A stretch of DNA of 57,855 nucleotides, counting the filler, from Dugesia japonica (taxonomy: Eukaryota), in assembly GCA_001938525.1 (NCBI GenBank). It is 6 parts of 6 records of this genome, joined end to end, with 100 filler letters (N's around TTAATTAATTAA, not from the genome) between each part and the next. Parts side by side here need not be neighbours in the genome. Positions count along the whole stretch, not along the records: positions 22,767 to 31,258 come from MQRL01594258.1; positions 31,359 to 40,017 come from MQRL01521580.1; positions 40,118 to 49,339 come from MQRL01647264.1; 3 more parts are not named here. One strand, written 5' to 3'. Shown in pieces: positions 25,925 through 40,275 of this stretch (position 1 is its first letter; each line of letters opens with the position of its first letter). The position numbers and the translations under genes were made by a program. Below the pieces are notes generated by a model. The model was not told the origin of the DNA. It worked only from the letters and a program-made list of their open reading frames with translations, and did not search any database.

Positions 25925-27581
25925 TTGACTTGTTAAGTTCAAAAGGCAACTAATATAATTTATTAAAAAAATCGATTTTTACAAAGGAAAAATAACAAGG
26001 CTAATTAAAATAATTTCCATTATTGTCTATGACACTTTTCCATCTGAAAGGCAATTTCATTATTCAATCCTCATAAAAACAGGAGGACTTTGATGTTAAG
26101 AAATTTTCCAGGGCAATTTTGATATCGTCCTCTGTTTAAACTTCTTTACCACTCAGTTATTTTTGTAGAAACCTTAACAAGTGATAATCTGAATAAGCGA
26201 TATCTGATNAGTATGCTGGATGAGGAAGAAGTTCCCATTCTAAATCTCTAATTTTTGCAGTGTCAGTTTTGAAGTATGGGGTCTGGTATTATCATTTTGG
26301 ATAATAACATTATTTCTGTTGATAATCCTGGTCTTGCCTTTTTCAATTCAGTTTCGAGTTTTCATAATTGATCACAGTAGATGTTTGCTGTGATAGACAT
26401 GTTTTTTGGCAATAACTCAAAATATATTGCACTGTTATAATCCCACCTAACCGACATCATTATCCTTCGGGGATGAAGTCCTGCTTTGGCGGTAGGCATT
26501 GGCTTCTGGCCAGGTGTTAGCCACTGCTTCTTTCTTTTAATATCAACGACGTACACTTACTTTTCATCGCATGTCACAATTCTTATTAAAAAGTTTTGTC
26601 TCTTGAATCTGGGAGAGAAGGGAAGAGCAAATGATAACCTTAACCTGTTATAACATTAACAAATGATAATTTAACCTGTTCTGTTTGCTGCTTTCACTTA
26701 AGCAATGAGGAACCTTTGACCCTTCTTTACTTAGCCTAACTGGTGAAAATGAGTGGCAAAAGTAGTTCGAGATACTTGTAGACAATCTCCTAATTCTCGT
26801 GTTGTAAGCCTTGGTTCTTCTTCGATTTGAACCAAAAAGGTATCGTCATCAAAATTTGAATAACTTCCTCCTCTACTTTCCGATAGATCATAATTCCTTC
26901 CCTTGAACTTTCGGAACCATTTTTGGCATTTATTCAGTGNNNNNNNNNNNNNNNNNNNNNNNNNNNNNNNNNNNNNNNNNNNNNNNNNNAACCTGTTATA
27001 ACATTAACAAATGATAATTTAACCTGTTCTGTTTGCTGCTTTCACTTAAGCAATGAGGAACCTATGACCCTTCTTTACTTAGCCTAACTGGTGAAAATGA
27101 GTGGCAATAGTAGTGTGAGATACTTGTAGACAATCTCCTAATTCTCGTGTTGTAAGCCTTGGTTCTTCTTCGATTTGAACCAAAAAGTTATCGTCATCAA
27201 AATTTGAATAACTTCTTCCTCTACTTTCCGATAGATCATAATTCCTTCCCTTGAACTTTCGGAACCATTTTTGGCATTTATTCAGTGCTTAAACTGAATT
27301 GGGATGTGTTTCAAAAGGCATTTGATCTTTTTCCATACTTATATAATAGACAATGACGAATATGAATTTCTTCGGCTTTCATCTAAAAATTTCATTTAAA
27401 AGTTTATTAATTGATTTCAAATAAAGATCGAAAATTAAATTATTAAAATAGTATAGTTAAGCAAAATGTTTAAAAAAACAACATTTTAAAATATTACAAT
27501 ATTTTGATAACTGTTCATAATAATTTTTATATTGGGTTTTTAATAAATTTTATTAGTTGCCTTTTGAACTTCACAAGCCAA
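25925..27581 (-). mobile_element. Mariner element with TIRs and decayed transposase (part duplicated across an assembly gap)
   Basis: About 45-bp TIRs TTG(A/G)CTTGT(T/G)AAGTTCAAAAGGCAACTAATA, flanked by TA (25923-25924, 27582-27583). Motifs CQKWFRKFK, RIVTCDEK, GLHPRRIMMSVRW, HPAYxSDIAYSDYHL. Confidence 0.92.
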
Positions 27582-27949
27582 TATGTTAGCATATTACCGT
27601 TAACAATCATAATTCAGCTGAGAAGCTAATTAAAAATCAATATTATTCAAATAGAATTGTAGATTCTCAAATGTATACTAAAATTTCAATAATTTGATTA
27701 AATAATAACAATCAATAAACTCGATTTTTTCATTGAAATTCTATGGAGGTTCAAAATTTTTTTAAATCAATTATTATAAAAAAATCAACAATTTTTTTTC
27801 TGGAAAATGAAAATATTAGGTTTATGGTCTTTGATTTAGTCAAATATCTTTAAGGATTTCGTCATACCAACTCAAGATTTGTTCGTTACCTAGCAATTAA
27901 ATGAACATTTACGTTGTTAAATCAAATAGTAGAGATCAAGTTATGCTAA

Positions 27950-29200
27950 AGTGGCAAGTTGAAATTATCACACACTTGTAAATTATATACTGAGTAGGCA
28001 TAGGTGGATAAAGAAAAGAAAAACGAAAGATCGAATCTTGTCTATGTCATCAGCTTGTTAATATCAAATTAAATTGTTCAATAAAATAAATGGTGAGTGT
28101 TCGGTTTGTCATTAAAAAAGGACATACAAGTCGAGTTTGTTCAGAGAAGAAGTCAATATAATATTTCAGTTTTGGAAAAGTGGACCACATATAAAGATTA
28201 TGTCAACAGATCCGGTTTAAGAGATGCAGAAAGATGGACATAAAGAAAAGGATAGCTGCACCAATTCAAAAATGATCAAGAATAACCGAGAAATTTGTGA
28301 CTGTCTGAGGTCAAGGAAAGCAATTTAATCGAAAAGAAACAATTTAAATGAAGTAAATACAAATGATTTGCATGATGATGTAGATGAAATTGTTTTCAAA
28401 AGGCAGTACCCAAACGAGAGGGCTCTCTTAGGAGTTGTTCGGAGCCATTATGAAAATAATTGATTGGTTTCCTATAGGGGTTGAAAAATGCGATAATATT
28501 AGAAAAATTTTAGTGAAAGTACCCATGATCTTAAAAAGGAAATATTTTTACAGTGATATAAAAATAAAATGGATCAGGACAATTGATACAGAATAGAAAA
28601 CGAATATTTTGTACCATAAGAAATACGACGTGTTAATGTATCTATTTAAGAGAATATGTTTGAATGTCTTTACATACAAGATCACGAATCAAGGTTATGT
28701 ATTTAAGCTGTTTTAATAAATAGCAAAAATAACACTGGGAAATGAGTCCTCAAAGATTGTGATGTGCAAATGAGAGCACACTTAGAATTGTTGGTAAAGT
28801 AAGAACAAAAGTTATAATTAAAGGTAACAAAGAGGTTAATTTATTATTTGCAGAAAAATTTACACTAGATATATTTAGCGGAGTGGATATGTAGAAGATG
28901 TTTAGAGACAAAAATTTACAAAAAGTGGACAGTTTAACTGGTGATTTAGTGGAAAATAACATTTGTAATATTGAGTCGATTAAAAATAGTCAAAGGTCAC
29001 CGATAATAATAGAAAATAAAAGGATGCTCTCATGACATATAAATAAGATGTAAGACGCACACATCTAATAAAACACAAGATAGTCCCAAGTGATGAACCT
29101 ATTAATGTAAAAATGTACAGAAAATCTAGTAATTTCGAAGTTAAATTAAAGATAATATAAATAACTACATATATAAAGATATCCATAGATCAAATAAAAA
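27950..29200 (+). mobile_element. Degenerate Ty3/Gypsy gag (zinc knuckle), protease and RT-start remnant
   Basis: ECSVCH*..GHTSRVC knuckle at ~28095-28140 and HLIKHKIVPSDEPINVKMYR at ~29060-29120; heavily mutated. Confidence 0.6.
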
Positions 29201-29270
29201 AGTAAATCAGGTGTATTAGAAAGTATAAATAATAAAATTAAACTAATGACATAATTACATTAAAAAAGTC

Positions 29271-29305
29271 AATTTCTGACGAAAACAAAGTCGAAAATTA
29301 AAACT
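29271..29305 (+). ncRNA. Minimal type I hammerhead ribozyme-like motif, copy 2
   Basis: AATTT-CTGACGA-AAACAAAGTC-GAAA-ATT-A-AAACT, homologous to copy 1 including flanks. Confidence 0.3.
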
Positions 29306-31258
29306 ATTATCAAAGTTTTTATTTTAATGAATAATTACATAGCATTTCGATTTTTAAAATGCTCAAACAGTATAACAGATTTCTGTAAATGTTATTTACA
29401 AGCTTAGGTAGTAATTTAAATATGTATATAAATATAAATACAAAAGCAAAATAAAATTTATTGAAAGGTAAATTTTTTTAATGAATTTTAAATATCACGG
29501 TTAATAATACACGATTGTAAAATGTTTAAATGGTATAAAAATATACAGATCAATATTTAAGTGAATATGAAACGATGAATAATATTGATTTCAATTATTT
29601 TTATCCATAAAAATTAGTTCCAAGGTGGCAAAGTAACCAAGTAAAACTTATTATCTCGTAAATCTATTAGTCCCGTAAAATAATGACAACAAGATGAAGT
29701 GAAAACCACTAATAAATCAAATGGTGTGAAGCCATTCTTATAAATGATAATGTGGGAAACACATGTTATGAAAAAGTAATTGATTAAATTCAAATGAAAT
29801 AACTAATTAAAATACATAAAATATAGGAAATATGATATAACGAAAATTATTGATAATTTTTGTGGAAGATAGGATTATTATACAATTTTACGGACGCGAT
29901 TCCGAACTTTCCTTGATAATGAAAAATAGAAAGTTGATGTGCGACCAATGGTAGATCAGTAGAGCTAAAACATTTTTATTGGTTGATATAAGAATGTAAA
30001 AATCATCCTAAAAGCTTTTATTTGTTAATACATTTTATTGGTTTTTTCTTTGTGTAATTTAGTTGTGTAGGTGCTTAATCAAGTATTTAAGAGAGTTGAA
30101 TCTTTAAAATTTGCAACATTTTGTCGAAGAACAAGTTATTGTAAAATTTTGAGATTAGATTAATAATTTAAATTCAAGTTATTGCGTTGTTGAAGAGTGT
30201 TTATATAAATAATAAAACTTTATTGAGGATAATATTTGCAAAACGGACCTGTAATTGATTAGTGGAATTATATCATTACTAATTATCAGTAAATATTGTC
30301 AATTCGAGCTTTAAATAAGAGAGGCAGATATTGGCATCTGGATCCTCAAGAACAATAAGATTAAATTATTGAAAAGATTTTGATGAAATTTAACTTTGGT
30401 TCCCGTACCTGTATTATCTCAGTAAAAATTAAAAAATTGAGAGACAGTTTAGGACGATTGAAAATTAAAGAGATAAGCACATTGAAGAATGCTTCAAATA
30501 GAAACGACTAGATAAATTCCTATTTAAATTGTATTCCGAAAAAACGATTAGCAGGGAAAAGTATCAAAAGTCAGTTTCTTTAAAATGAACTGAAAAACAC
30601 ATTCTTGATGTATCTAAAATAGGCAATTCGGAGTTTGAAATTAACTACTCAAGCAACTAGAAACAAGAAATAAAAGCCAAAATAAACTTAAAAATCCAAA
30701 TCGTATAATAATGAAAATTCAAGACAAACGGTACGGTATTCAAAGTGAAAATTGAAGGCAATTGGTGAAAAATATTGAAAAAATTTGGAAAATTTATTTA
30801 AAAAGAGAAAGTGGATAAATTAAAAATATAAAATCTATTTTGAAATATTTAAGGAGTATTCTGAAATATATTTTAACGAAGATGAATTAATTGTGAAAAA
30901 TAGTAACCAACTAAAACTAGCTAAAAGTGATATTTACTAGAAGATTGGTTCTGTCTTGCTATCATATTGTATTAAGGTATCTTTTAATTTGTTAAATATT
31001 TCTGAAATTACTACTTTTGATCTTAATAATAAATGGACTTTGGATGATTTTCTTAACAGTCTATTTTGAAAATTAAGATTAATAACGAAATATTCTAATC
31101 AGAAATATGACAACATGATAGTTGAAGGGTTTTAAAACGTGCATTTAAAATTACAAAAGCGATAACAGACGAAAATGAAGGATGTAATATTATTGTTGGG
31201 GTGAAACACCGGATTAAGGAAAAAATAATGGCTTGGGTAGACACGAAATTTGAAAGAT

Positions 31259-31358
31259 NNNNNNNNNNNNNNNNNNNNNNNNNNNNNNNNNNNNNNNNNN
31301 NNTTAATTAATTAANNNNNNNNNNNNNNNNNNNNNNNNNNNNNNNNNNNNNNNNNNNN
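31259..31358. other. Artificial contig linker
   Basis: 44 N + TTAATTAATTAA (31303-31314) + 44 N. Confidence 0.95.
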
Positions 31359-31574
31359 TTTTTAGTTGGTTCAGATGAATTTGGTCCAATATTTTCTCAA
31401 GATTGCTCGATTTGGGTAGTTTTTTGGTGAATGGGTCAATTATTTACTCGGTTTAGGTAATATTAGTCGAATTTTCCTCATATTACTCTGTATTGGCCAG
31501 CTTTGGACGATTTGGGTAATTATTTCTTCACAGGGGTAAATTTTAGGAGAATTTGAAGAATTTGGAGAATTAAT

Positions 31575-33660
31575 ATAAACAAAAATATTTTTATTTAAAC
31601 AAAACAATATTTATAAATAAACTAAATAAAAATTTAAAATAAACCAAAATTATTTTAAAAAAAATAATTTTGTTGAATAAACAAAATATGATTTTAAAAT
31701 AAACAAAACTTATTTTAAATAAACAAATAAATATTTTAAATAAACAAAAAAATATGTTAAAATAAAAAAAAAATTATAAATAAACAAAATATTTTGAAAT
31801 AAACAAAATAATATTTGAAAATAAACAAAATATTATTTGAAAATACAAAAAATATGTCAAAAAAAAACAAAATAATATTTGAAAAATAAACAAAATAATA
31901 TTTTTAAGTAAACAAAAAATGTTTAAATAAACACTAAAATATTTTAAAAATAAAATAAAAATTATTTTAAAATAAACAAAAATTATTTTAAATTTACGAA
32001 ATATGATTTTAAAAATAAACAAAGAAGATATTTAAAATTAAACAAAATATTTTAAAATAAACAAAATAATATTTTAAAATAAACAAAAAATATTTTNNNN
32101 NNNNNNNNNNNATATTTATAAATAAACTAAATAATAATTTAAAATAAAACAAAATTATTTTCAAATAAAAATATTGTTGAATAAACAAAATATGATTTTT
32201 AAGTAAACAAAAATTATTTTAAATAAACAAAAAAATATTTTAAATAAACAAAAAAATATGTTGATATAAAAAAAATATTATAAATAAACAAAATGTTTCA
32301 AAATAAAGAAAATAATATTTTGAAATAAACAAAATAATATTNNNNNNNNNNNNNNNNNNNNNNNNNNNNNNNNNNNNNNNNNNNNNNNNNNATAATTTAA
32401 AATAAAACAAAATTATTTTCAAATAAAAATATTGTTGAATAAACAAAATATGATTTTAAAGTAAAGAAAAATTATTTTAAATAAACAAAAAAATATTTTA
32501 AATAAACAAAAAAATATGTTGAAATAAAAAAAATATTATAAATAAACAAAATGTTTCAAAATAAAGAAAATAATATTTTGAAATAAACAAAAAATATTTT
32601 GAAATAAACAAAATAATATTTGAAAATAAACAAAATAATATTTTTAATTAAAAAAAATATTATTTTAAAATAAACAAAATAATATTTGAAAAAAAACAAA
32701 ATATATTAAAATAAACAAAATAATATTTTTAAGTAAACAAAAAATGTTTAAATAAACAATAAAATATTTTTAAATTAAATAAAAATTATTTTAAAATAAA
32801 CAAAAATGGTTTTAGTCGTTTCAAAACTAAACATGAAAATATTTTAGAAAAAATTAATTTAAAATAAACAAAAATTATTTTAAATTTACGAAATATGATT
32901 TTAAAAATAAACAAAAAAGATATTTAAANNNNNNNNNNNNNNNNNNNNNNNNNNNNNNNNNNNNNNNNNNNNNNNNNNNNNNNNNNNNNNNNNNNNNNNN
33001 NNNNNNNNNNNNNNNNNNNNNNNNNNNNNNNNNNNNNNNNNNNNNNNNNNNNNNNNNNNNNNNNNNNNNNNNNNNNNNNNNNNNNNNNNNNNNNNNNNNN
33101 NNNNNNNNNNNNNNNNNNNNNAACAAAAAAATATTTTAAATAAACAAAATAATATGTTAAAATAAAAAATATATTATAAATAAACAAAATATTTTAAAAT
33201 AAAACAAAATAATATTTATAAATAAACTAAATAATAATTTAAAATAAACTAAAATTATTTTAAAATAAAAATAATGTTAAATAAACAAAATGTGATTTTA
33301 AAGTAATCCAAAATTATTTTAAATAAACAAAATAATATTTTTTAAAAAAAAATATTTTAAAATAATCAAAAAAATATTTTTAAATAAACAACAATTATTT
33401 TTAATATAAGAAATATGATTTTAAAATAAACAAAAAAATATTGTAAAATAAACAAAAAAATATTTTAAAATAAACCAAAATTATTTTAAATAAAAATAAA
33501 ATTTTAAAATAAAAATAATGTTAAATAAACAAAAAATTATTTTAAATAAACTAAATAATATTTTAAAATAAATAAAAAATAATTTTACATAAACAAAATA
33601 TTTTTAAATAAACAAAAAAATATTTTAAAATAAACCAAAATTATTTGTTAAAATAAAAAT
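31575..33660. repeat. AT-rich degenerate satellite (core AAATAAACAAAA..ATATTTT, ~20-22-bp unit) in the ACADVL intron
   Basis: Dozens of tandem AAATAAACAAAA units with higher-order blocks repeated around gaps. Confidence 0.9.
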
Positions 33661-33812
33661 TTAATCTCAATTCGAAAGAAAACAAATTTTTATCTGTGAT
33701 AAATCAATAAATTGTGTTTGGCTGATTTGAACAATTTTGACTAAATTAATTATTCATCTAGAATTGAAGAAAATATTTCCAACACAATAACAAATAAATT
33801 CCATAAATTCAC

Positions 33813-34442
33813 CTGGTGAGCACCCAAAGCTATTCCAACTCCCATATCATATCTCCCGACTATTTCCACTAATCTAGCATATTGAGTATTGTTCAAACCG
33901 ATACCACCATATTGTTCGGGAATCTGCAAACCAAATGCACCCAAATCTCTCAAACATTCGAAGGATTTCGGTTCTATCGTTTCTAATTGGTCGTTTTTTG
34001 CTGAATTATTGACTTCCTGTTAAATAAACTTTCAGTTTCTACTACGTTTAACAAATAAATCACTTCAAAAAATTTAACTATTGGTCCTAGCATTTGATTA
34101 ACAGTTTCTTCTTGTTCAGTCGTGAGTACTAATAAAAAATAAATTAGTTACAACTTCAACAGTTTTGAACAGAATAATTAATTCAATAAATAAACACCTT
34201 TGGGATAGGGAAATAATTGACTAGTATCAACATTTCCATCAAATACTGACAGTGCAAATGACTTCGAAGACTAAATAAAAGTAAGGTGCAAAGCTAAAAA
34301 ATTTTAAAAATACTTTTATATCTGAGACATGTCTCATTACCATATAATTACTATATGAATAATTAAGAAATATTGCTTAATTAAAATGAACTAACGTAGT
34401 GCATAATTGTTTCAGAACTTTAAATCCACGAATAGCTTTCAT
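33813..34442 (-). CDS. ACADVL: Very-long-chain acyl-CoA dehydrogenase, mitochondrial; first five exons (34442-34396, 34350-34314, 34270-34198, 34128-34064, 34016-33813), 3' part absent
   Basis: Spliced frame [133 protein letters not shown] introns of 45, 43, 69 and 47 nt all keep phase. The paralogue ACAD9 is less likely but not excluded. Confidence 0.9.
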
Positions 34443-36049
34443 TTGAATTGGATTTACAAGTTAAGATATTCAATAAAAATTTTACACGCGAGTTTAAAAC
34501 TTTATTNAAAATATGAGATGATAATTGATAGTATCTGTAGAGGATTTGAATAGAAATTTTACTTATTATTTAATTATAAATAAATTTAATCAATGGTTAA
34601 AATATTTAAAATGTAAATGATTCTATAAAATTTATTTATTGTATTTAAACAAGCCTTTATTTGTGTATTTCAACTAAATTTTAATTTAGTAAAAAATAAA
34701 TATTTATGTTGTTATTTAATTATTTATCATTAGCACCAAGAACAATTTTTAATAAAAAATTAAAAGATTTACAAAACTTATCTTTTATATTGAAATAAAA
34801 TTTTGAAAACCTAAGGAAATATAAATTTTTAAAATGTAGAGAATCTGTAGTTTTAAGACAGTTAACCCTAATTTTAGTAAGTTTTCACTAAATTTAGTAT
34901 ACTTTATTTTATTTTAGAAAATGTTCCCATAATTTTAGTAATATTTCTCTTATTTTAGTAAAAAATTTTCTTATTTTAGTAAAATTCCGCTTAATTTTGT
35001 AAAATTTCCCTTAATTTAGTGAGTTTCGCTATATTTGTGAAACTTTTGAAAAAATTAAGAAAATAAGATTATATTATATTATTTTACATAAGATATTAGC
35101 CATTAGTTAATATTATTAATTATTATTAATAATTGTGATATTAACTTGAATAACAATGAACCTTTAATTTAAGACAAAAAATCATTTTTATTGAACTAAA
35201 AATATACACAAATGCTAAAAAATTAGAAAAGTAACACATTTTTCAACATTTATTAATATAAAATTTATAATTATTTTGTTTCTCTCTCAGTAATAATAAG
35301 AATATGCACGATAAGTTATGTTTATAGGTCTTTCCAATCGTTTCTTTTTAGTANNNNNNNNNNNNNNNNNNNNNNNNNNNNNNNNNNNNNNNNNNNNNNN
35401 NNNTAGTAAAATTCCGCTTAATTTTGTAAAATTTCCCTTAATTTAGTGAGTTTCGCTATATTTGTGAAACTTTTGAAAAAATTAAGAAAATAAGATTATA
35501 TTATATTATTTTACATAAGATATTAGCCATTAGTTAATATTATTAATTATTATTAATAATTGTGATATTAACTTGAATAACAATGAACCTTTAATTTAAG
35601 ACAAAAAATCATTTTTATTGAACTAAAANNNNNNNNNNNNNNNNNNNNNNNNNNNNNNNNNNNNNNNNNNNNNNNNNNNNNNNNNNNNNNNNNNNNNNNN
35701 NNNNNNNNNNNNNNNNNNNNNNNNNNNNNNNNNNNNNNNNNNNNNNNNNNNNNNNNNNNNNNNNNNNNNNNNNNNNNNNNNTAGGCATATCGATTAATTC
35801 TAATCTATCTTCGATTCTTAAAAGATTAAAAAATTTACAATAATAAAAGAAATCCTAATTAATTAAGGAAAAACTTACTAAATTAAAGGGAATTTAACTA
35901 AAATAAGATAAATATTAGTAAACTCAGGGAAAATTTAATAAAATAAGGAAAAATTAACCTTTTTTCCGTAGTATTGAATGTTTTCTATTCTACTTAATAT
36001 TTTATTTATTTTTCTATTGTTTTACATGGTATTTTGAAAACTTTATCGA

Positions 36050-38030
36050 CTTCGTTGCAATTTTTTAAAATATTTAGTCACTTCTATTCATTTTCATAAA
36101 GCATTTAGTGACGTCTATACAATGTCTATGAATTTTGTGATAAAGTAAAAAAATATTCTCAACTGTTCTCGTGTAGCATTTTTATTTTTCCTATACGGAA
36201 ACACGTTGTAAATATAACTGAAAATTGTAACGTGAAGATTTGCTGTGGTTGAGCAGTATTTGATGCATTAGAGAATGAATTGTTCCCATGTGCATCGTTT
36301 TCCAAAAGATTTAATTCTTAGCAAGCTTCACGATAAGTGGCACATAACTGATCCTTTAGTGTTCTGAATTATTNNNNNNNNNNNNNNNNNNNNNNNNNNN
36401 NNNNNNNNNNNNNNNNNNNNNNNNNNNNNNNNNNNNNNNNNTGAACAATGTATACACGGTCTAATGCATCGGTTAAATATAAATTGAGATTTTTTTCAAC
36501 TACTTTAACTTGTTTGTGACGTTGAAACTTGTTTGCTGATGTATTTTATGTGAAGTATGTTGGCACTAAAGTAAAGAAGTGACTTTGCAAACATATTATT
36601 CTTGAAAAAAAGTTAAATGCAGTTGACGTTGTTAGCTGTGGTGACAATGCTGTTGCACATGTATTTTTCGTTTTGAAGTACTCATTTAGTAAAAGTTCAA
36701 TGTGCAAAGCCAAATGGACGAATATTGGAAGTCGTTCATGAATTATAAATGATAAAATGCAACATAATGCCTTTTCGCTACTAATGTAGCGGCATAGTTA
36801 ATATTGGCAAAGTTTATCGATGAATAGAGTTGCATTTTTCACTTCAAAACCTGCCGTTTTCCTTTCTTTGGGGAAATATTTTGTAAATGTACGTGATCCA
36901 TTTCTCTGAAATGCAATATTCGACAGTCATATGTGCTTTGTAAGTTTTCAAGAGTAACAGTGGATACGATACAACCCAACGAAAATCAACTTCAGTATCA
37001 AGGTTTCGTACTTTTATTTTATGGATTTGTCAGCATCTTCAAATAACCATCGATGATAGAGTGAATATCCAAAATTCTTAGTGATAGTCTAGGCAAGTAA
37101 GTCTCTTGAGTATCAAAAAGCTACATAAACCACAAATCATATTTTAAGTAACTACTTGAAATAAGTCTTGATCAATTTCGACAGTTAGTATTTCTGTTGA
37201 GATGACTTGATCCATTTTATCTAGTGTGACATTTTCGATAAACTATATATTAAAATATGTAGATATGGCAAACCTCTTTTGCCATTCAATGGAAGACATA
37301 CAACAACATGTCTCTCCAAAAACATGACGATTGGCAATGAAATCTTTTAAAGATTTCAATTTTTGTTTTAATTAGAAATTTTTCAAAAAATAATCAATTA
37401 TTCCGAATTTGAAGAAATAAAACTAAATTAAGAAGCGTAATAATTATAATTACTTTTTTAGTGAAATATTCCAAATATATTCAATTATCGAATTTTATTT
37501 TAATAAAAGATTATTCATTTGTATTTGGAATAAATATTAGGAAATTGTGTTGGAATTTATTACGAATGTGCATATATGCTTTGCTTCTAATAGTTTTGAT
37601 GGAACAATTGTCAACAATTCAAGATATGTTTTTTAGTGTTCTCATGAATCATAAATCGATATGAATAGTGATTCATGGCAATGATTTTCTTATTAGTTTC
37701 CTCATTTGTTTGTGGTTTTATCATTATGATGTTGAAACTGTATTTATTTTCTCATTGACAAAATAAAATCGAATATTGTAATCCATCGTATGAACGACGA
37801 GTTTCTCAGATTCGTTGAAAATCACCATTAAATTAATTTGACTTGTTGATCGATTAAACTTTGTAATGCAGCGGTGCTTTTTTGTTTATTACCGGTATTG
37901 AAATGACGCTGTTGTTAAATAAATAAAATAAATCTGGGATCTGCATTCAGCAATGATAATAGTGATCTTGCACTTTAAATGTTAGCATTTTATTCCCACG
38001 CACCAAACATTTGGTTACCAAAAGCGTAGC
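36050..38030 (-). mobile_element. Helitron RepHel pseudogene fragment
   Basis: Rep motif 2 remnant IEW(Q)KRGLPYLHIL at ~37250-37290, plus DFRWVVSYP..KTYKAHMTVEYC, RYISSEKA..F.IHERLP..HLALH and EAC*ELNLLENDAH. Confidence 0.8.
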
Positions 38031-40017
38031 TTAATTATTAATATAAGAAAACTACATCCATTATCCTATTTATAAATGTTTTGATAATTTATTAATAATA
38101 TAATATCATATTCAAATACTATTATCAAATCAATTTCTAAATAACATTTTGTTACTAAACACACTTAAAATTCGAACCATAATATATCTTTGTTGAATCA
38201 AGTAGCATAAAATCTAGAGCATTATTCGAATATTATGTGTCATTATTCATCACATTAACATGCCTAATAAAATTTGGAGCATCCTTCATATTATTTGACG
38301 TGAAATCGAAATTAAAATTATAAGTAAATCATAATAAAAATTAATTAAAATCTAAAATTTAACAAAACTAGCCTCGAATTTACTCATAAAGCTGGGGCCA
38401 TCAAAACTATCCTGAGTTAAATTTCACCATATCATCATTTCCAATCTTCTCTATAACATTTGATATCAATTTTCATTGTTCATCATAGAATTTTGCCCAT
38501 TATTTTAATTTTTTAACCATTTAAATTAAAAATCTATTTAAAATATTTAGAAGTAACTTACTTATTTTGAGTTTTAAAATTTTGACGAAATAAAACATGT
38601 ATATATTTGAAATGATTACACACGTTTTTTGATTAAATAATTAAATTGATGCGATTAAAAAACCCCGATGTCATTAGTATTAATATTAAATTAAATATTA
38701 ATATTAATCTCATATGATACAAGTCGCTTCCGGGTACATTAAAAATTAGTTGACCTTAATTAATAAAATATTAATAAATTTTATGTTTTAGAGAAAACTT
38801 TAAGTTCGATTGAAAATTTCATCAAAGAAGTTGATTATAGTTAATTAGGGGCGATTACTGCTTATTTTTTAGTATATTCAGTCAGTTTTCAATGATTTTA
38901 CTTAAATATTTTGCTCAATGAGATCAATTTTCAACCCTTTTCGGTCTATTTGTTAATGAATTTCTTAGTAATGATCTATTTGGTAAGAAATTTCATTGGG
39001 AATGGTCAAAGTAAAATTTCAACATTAGTCGCTTCCCATTGAATAATAACATTTATTGTTATAAGATGATAAATAAAAGTAAATAAAGAACAAATGTTTT
39101 AAATTATTAAATAAATAGCAAATAATAAAATAATAGTTAATTTTTTTCATACATTATTTTCAATAATAGTTTGTTTTCTTTCCATATCATTACATTGCAT
39201 CATCCGATTAGTACAGTTGAGCCAATATTCCGAATGTTCACATCTAGTCTCAAATTGTTAACGCTCAAGACCGTTAGCTTCTAATCGAGTCTGTTCATAT
39301 AAGAACTTGTCGATCAGCTTGGGTAGTTTTAATTAAGCTAAGCTCAATTACGGTATGTGCATCTCCGGTAGTAATGATTCTAACCGTTCACATACGGTCA
39401 TAAATGTACACTACTACAAATATTTTAAAAAAATCAGTCATTATCGTCAATAATTGACTAGACTAGGATCCGCAAAATGATATGAAAATTTCAACTGACT
39501 ATTACCAAATCCAATGTATTAAATTTAATTAAAATAACAAAAAAAGGCAATGATAAAGTAATAATAATTAAAATATTAGGACAAAACCCAACCAATTCTT
39601 TCATGAAAATAATAGTAGTAATAAATAGAAAAATAAGCAAAATACAATGTTTAAAACAAAAAACGAAACCAGAATAATATAAACGTTTATTAGAAAATAC
39701 AAATAAATGAATAACAAATATAACTTAATCGTTGGAATGTTTTTGGAATAATGGATAAANNNNNNNNNNNNNNNNNNNNNNNNNNNNNNNNNNNNNNNNN
39801 NNNNNNNNNATGAAATGGAATATATACCCTATAAAGCAAAATAAATTAATCAAGAAACAATTTGATAATATAGAAAAATTACCATTATTCCCATATTCTT
39901 ACAATAATTTTTGGAAAATTATTGTGAATTTCGACCAAAAACTGCCAATGAAGAGACAGATCTGAACACAAATTACTATAAAAAGGGCTCAAAAATAGAT
40001 AAAACTTACCCTTAATA

Positions 40018-40117
40018 NNNNNNNNNNNNNNNNNNNNNNNNNNNNNNNNNNNNNNNNNNNNTTAATTAATTAANNNNNNNNNNNNNNNNNNNNNNNNNNN
40101 NNNNNNNNNNNNNNNNN
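40018..40117. other. Artificial contig linker
   Basis: 44 N + TTAATTAATTAA (40062-40073) + 44 N. Confidence 0.95.
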
Positions 40118-40275
40118 CTGGATAAGGAGTGATTTTGGTGTGGTTAACATCCCGATGATAAAATAAATTATGTATAAAACTTTGCGATGTTTTTTGTAAT
40201 TATTGATATAAATTGTTTCTTATATCTTAATGCTGTTTTATTGGAACTTTGCTATTTATTCCGTTTTTCTTAGAT

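Noticed and set aside
26636-27288. Apparent tandem duplications flanking gaps (also 10290-10730 and 34976-35628)
   Set aside because: Near-identical sequence on both sides of a short N run is typical of unmerged overlapping contig ends or haplotypes.
29560-31258. Purine-rich coding-like stretch
   Set aside because: Stops in all frames and no motif I can recognise.
31774-32446. Phe/Ile-rich membrane-like ORFs
   Set aside because: They are translations of the AT-rich satellite.
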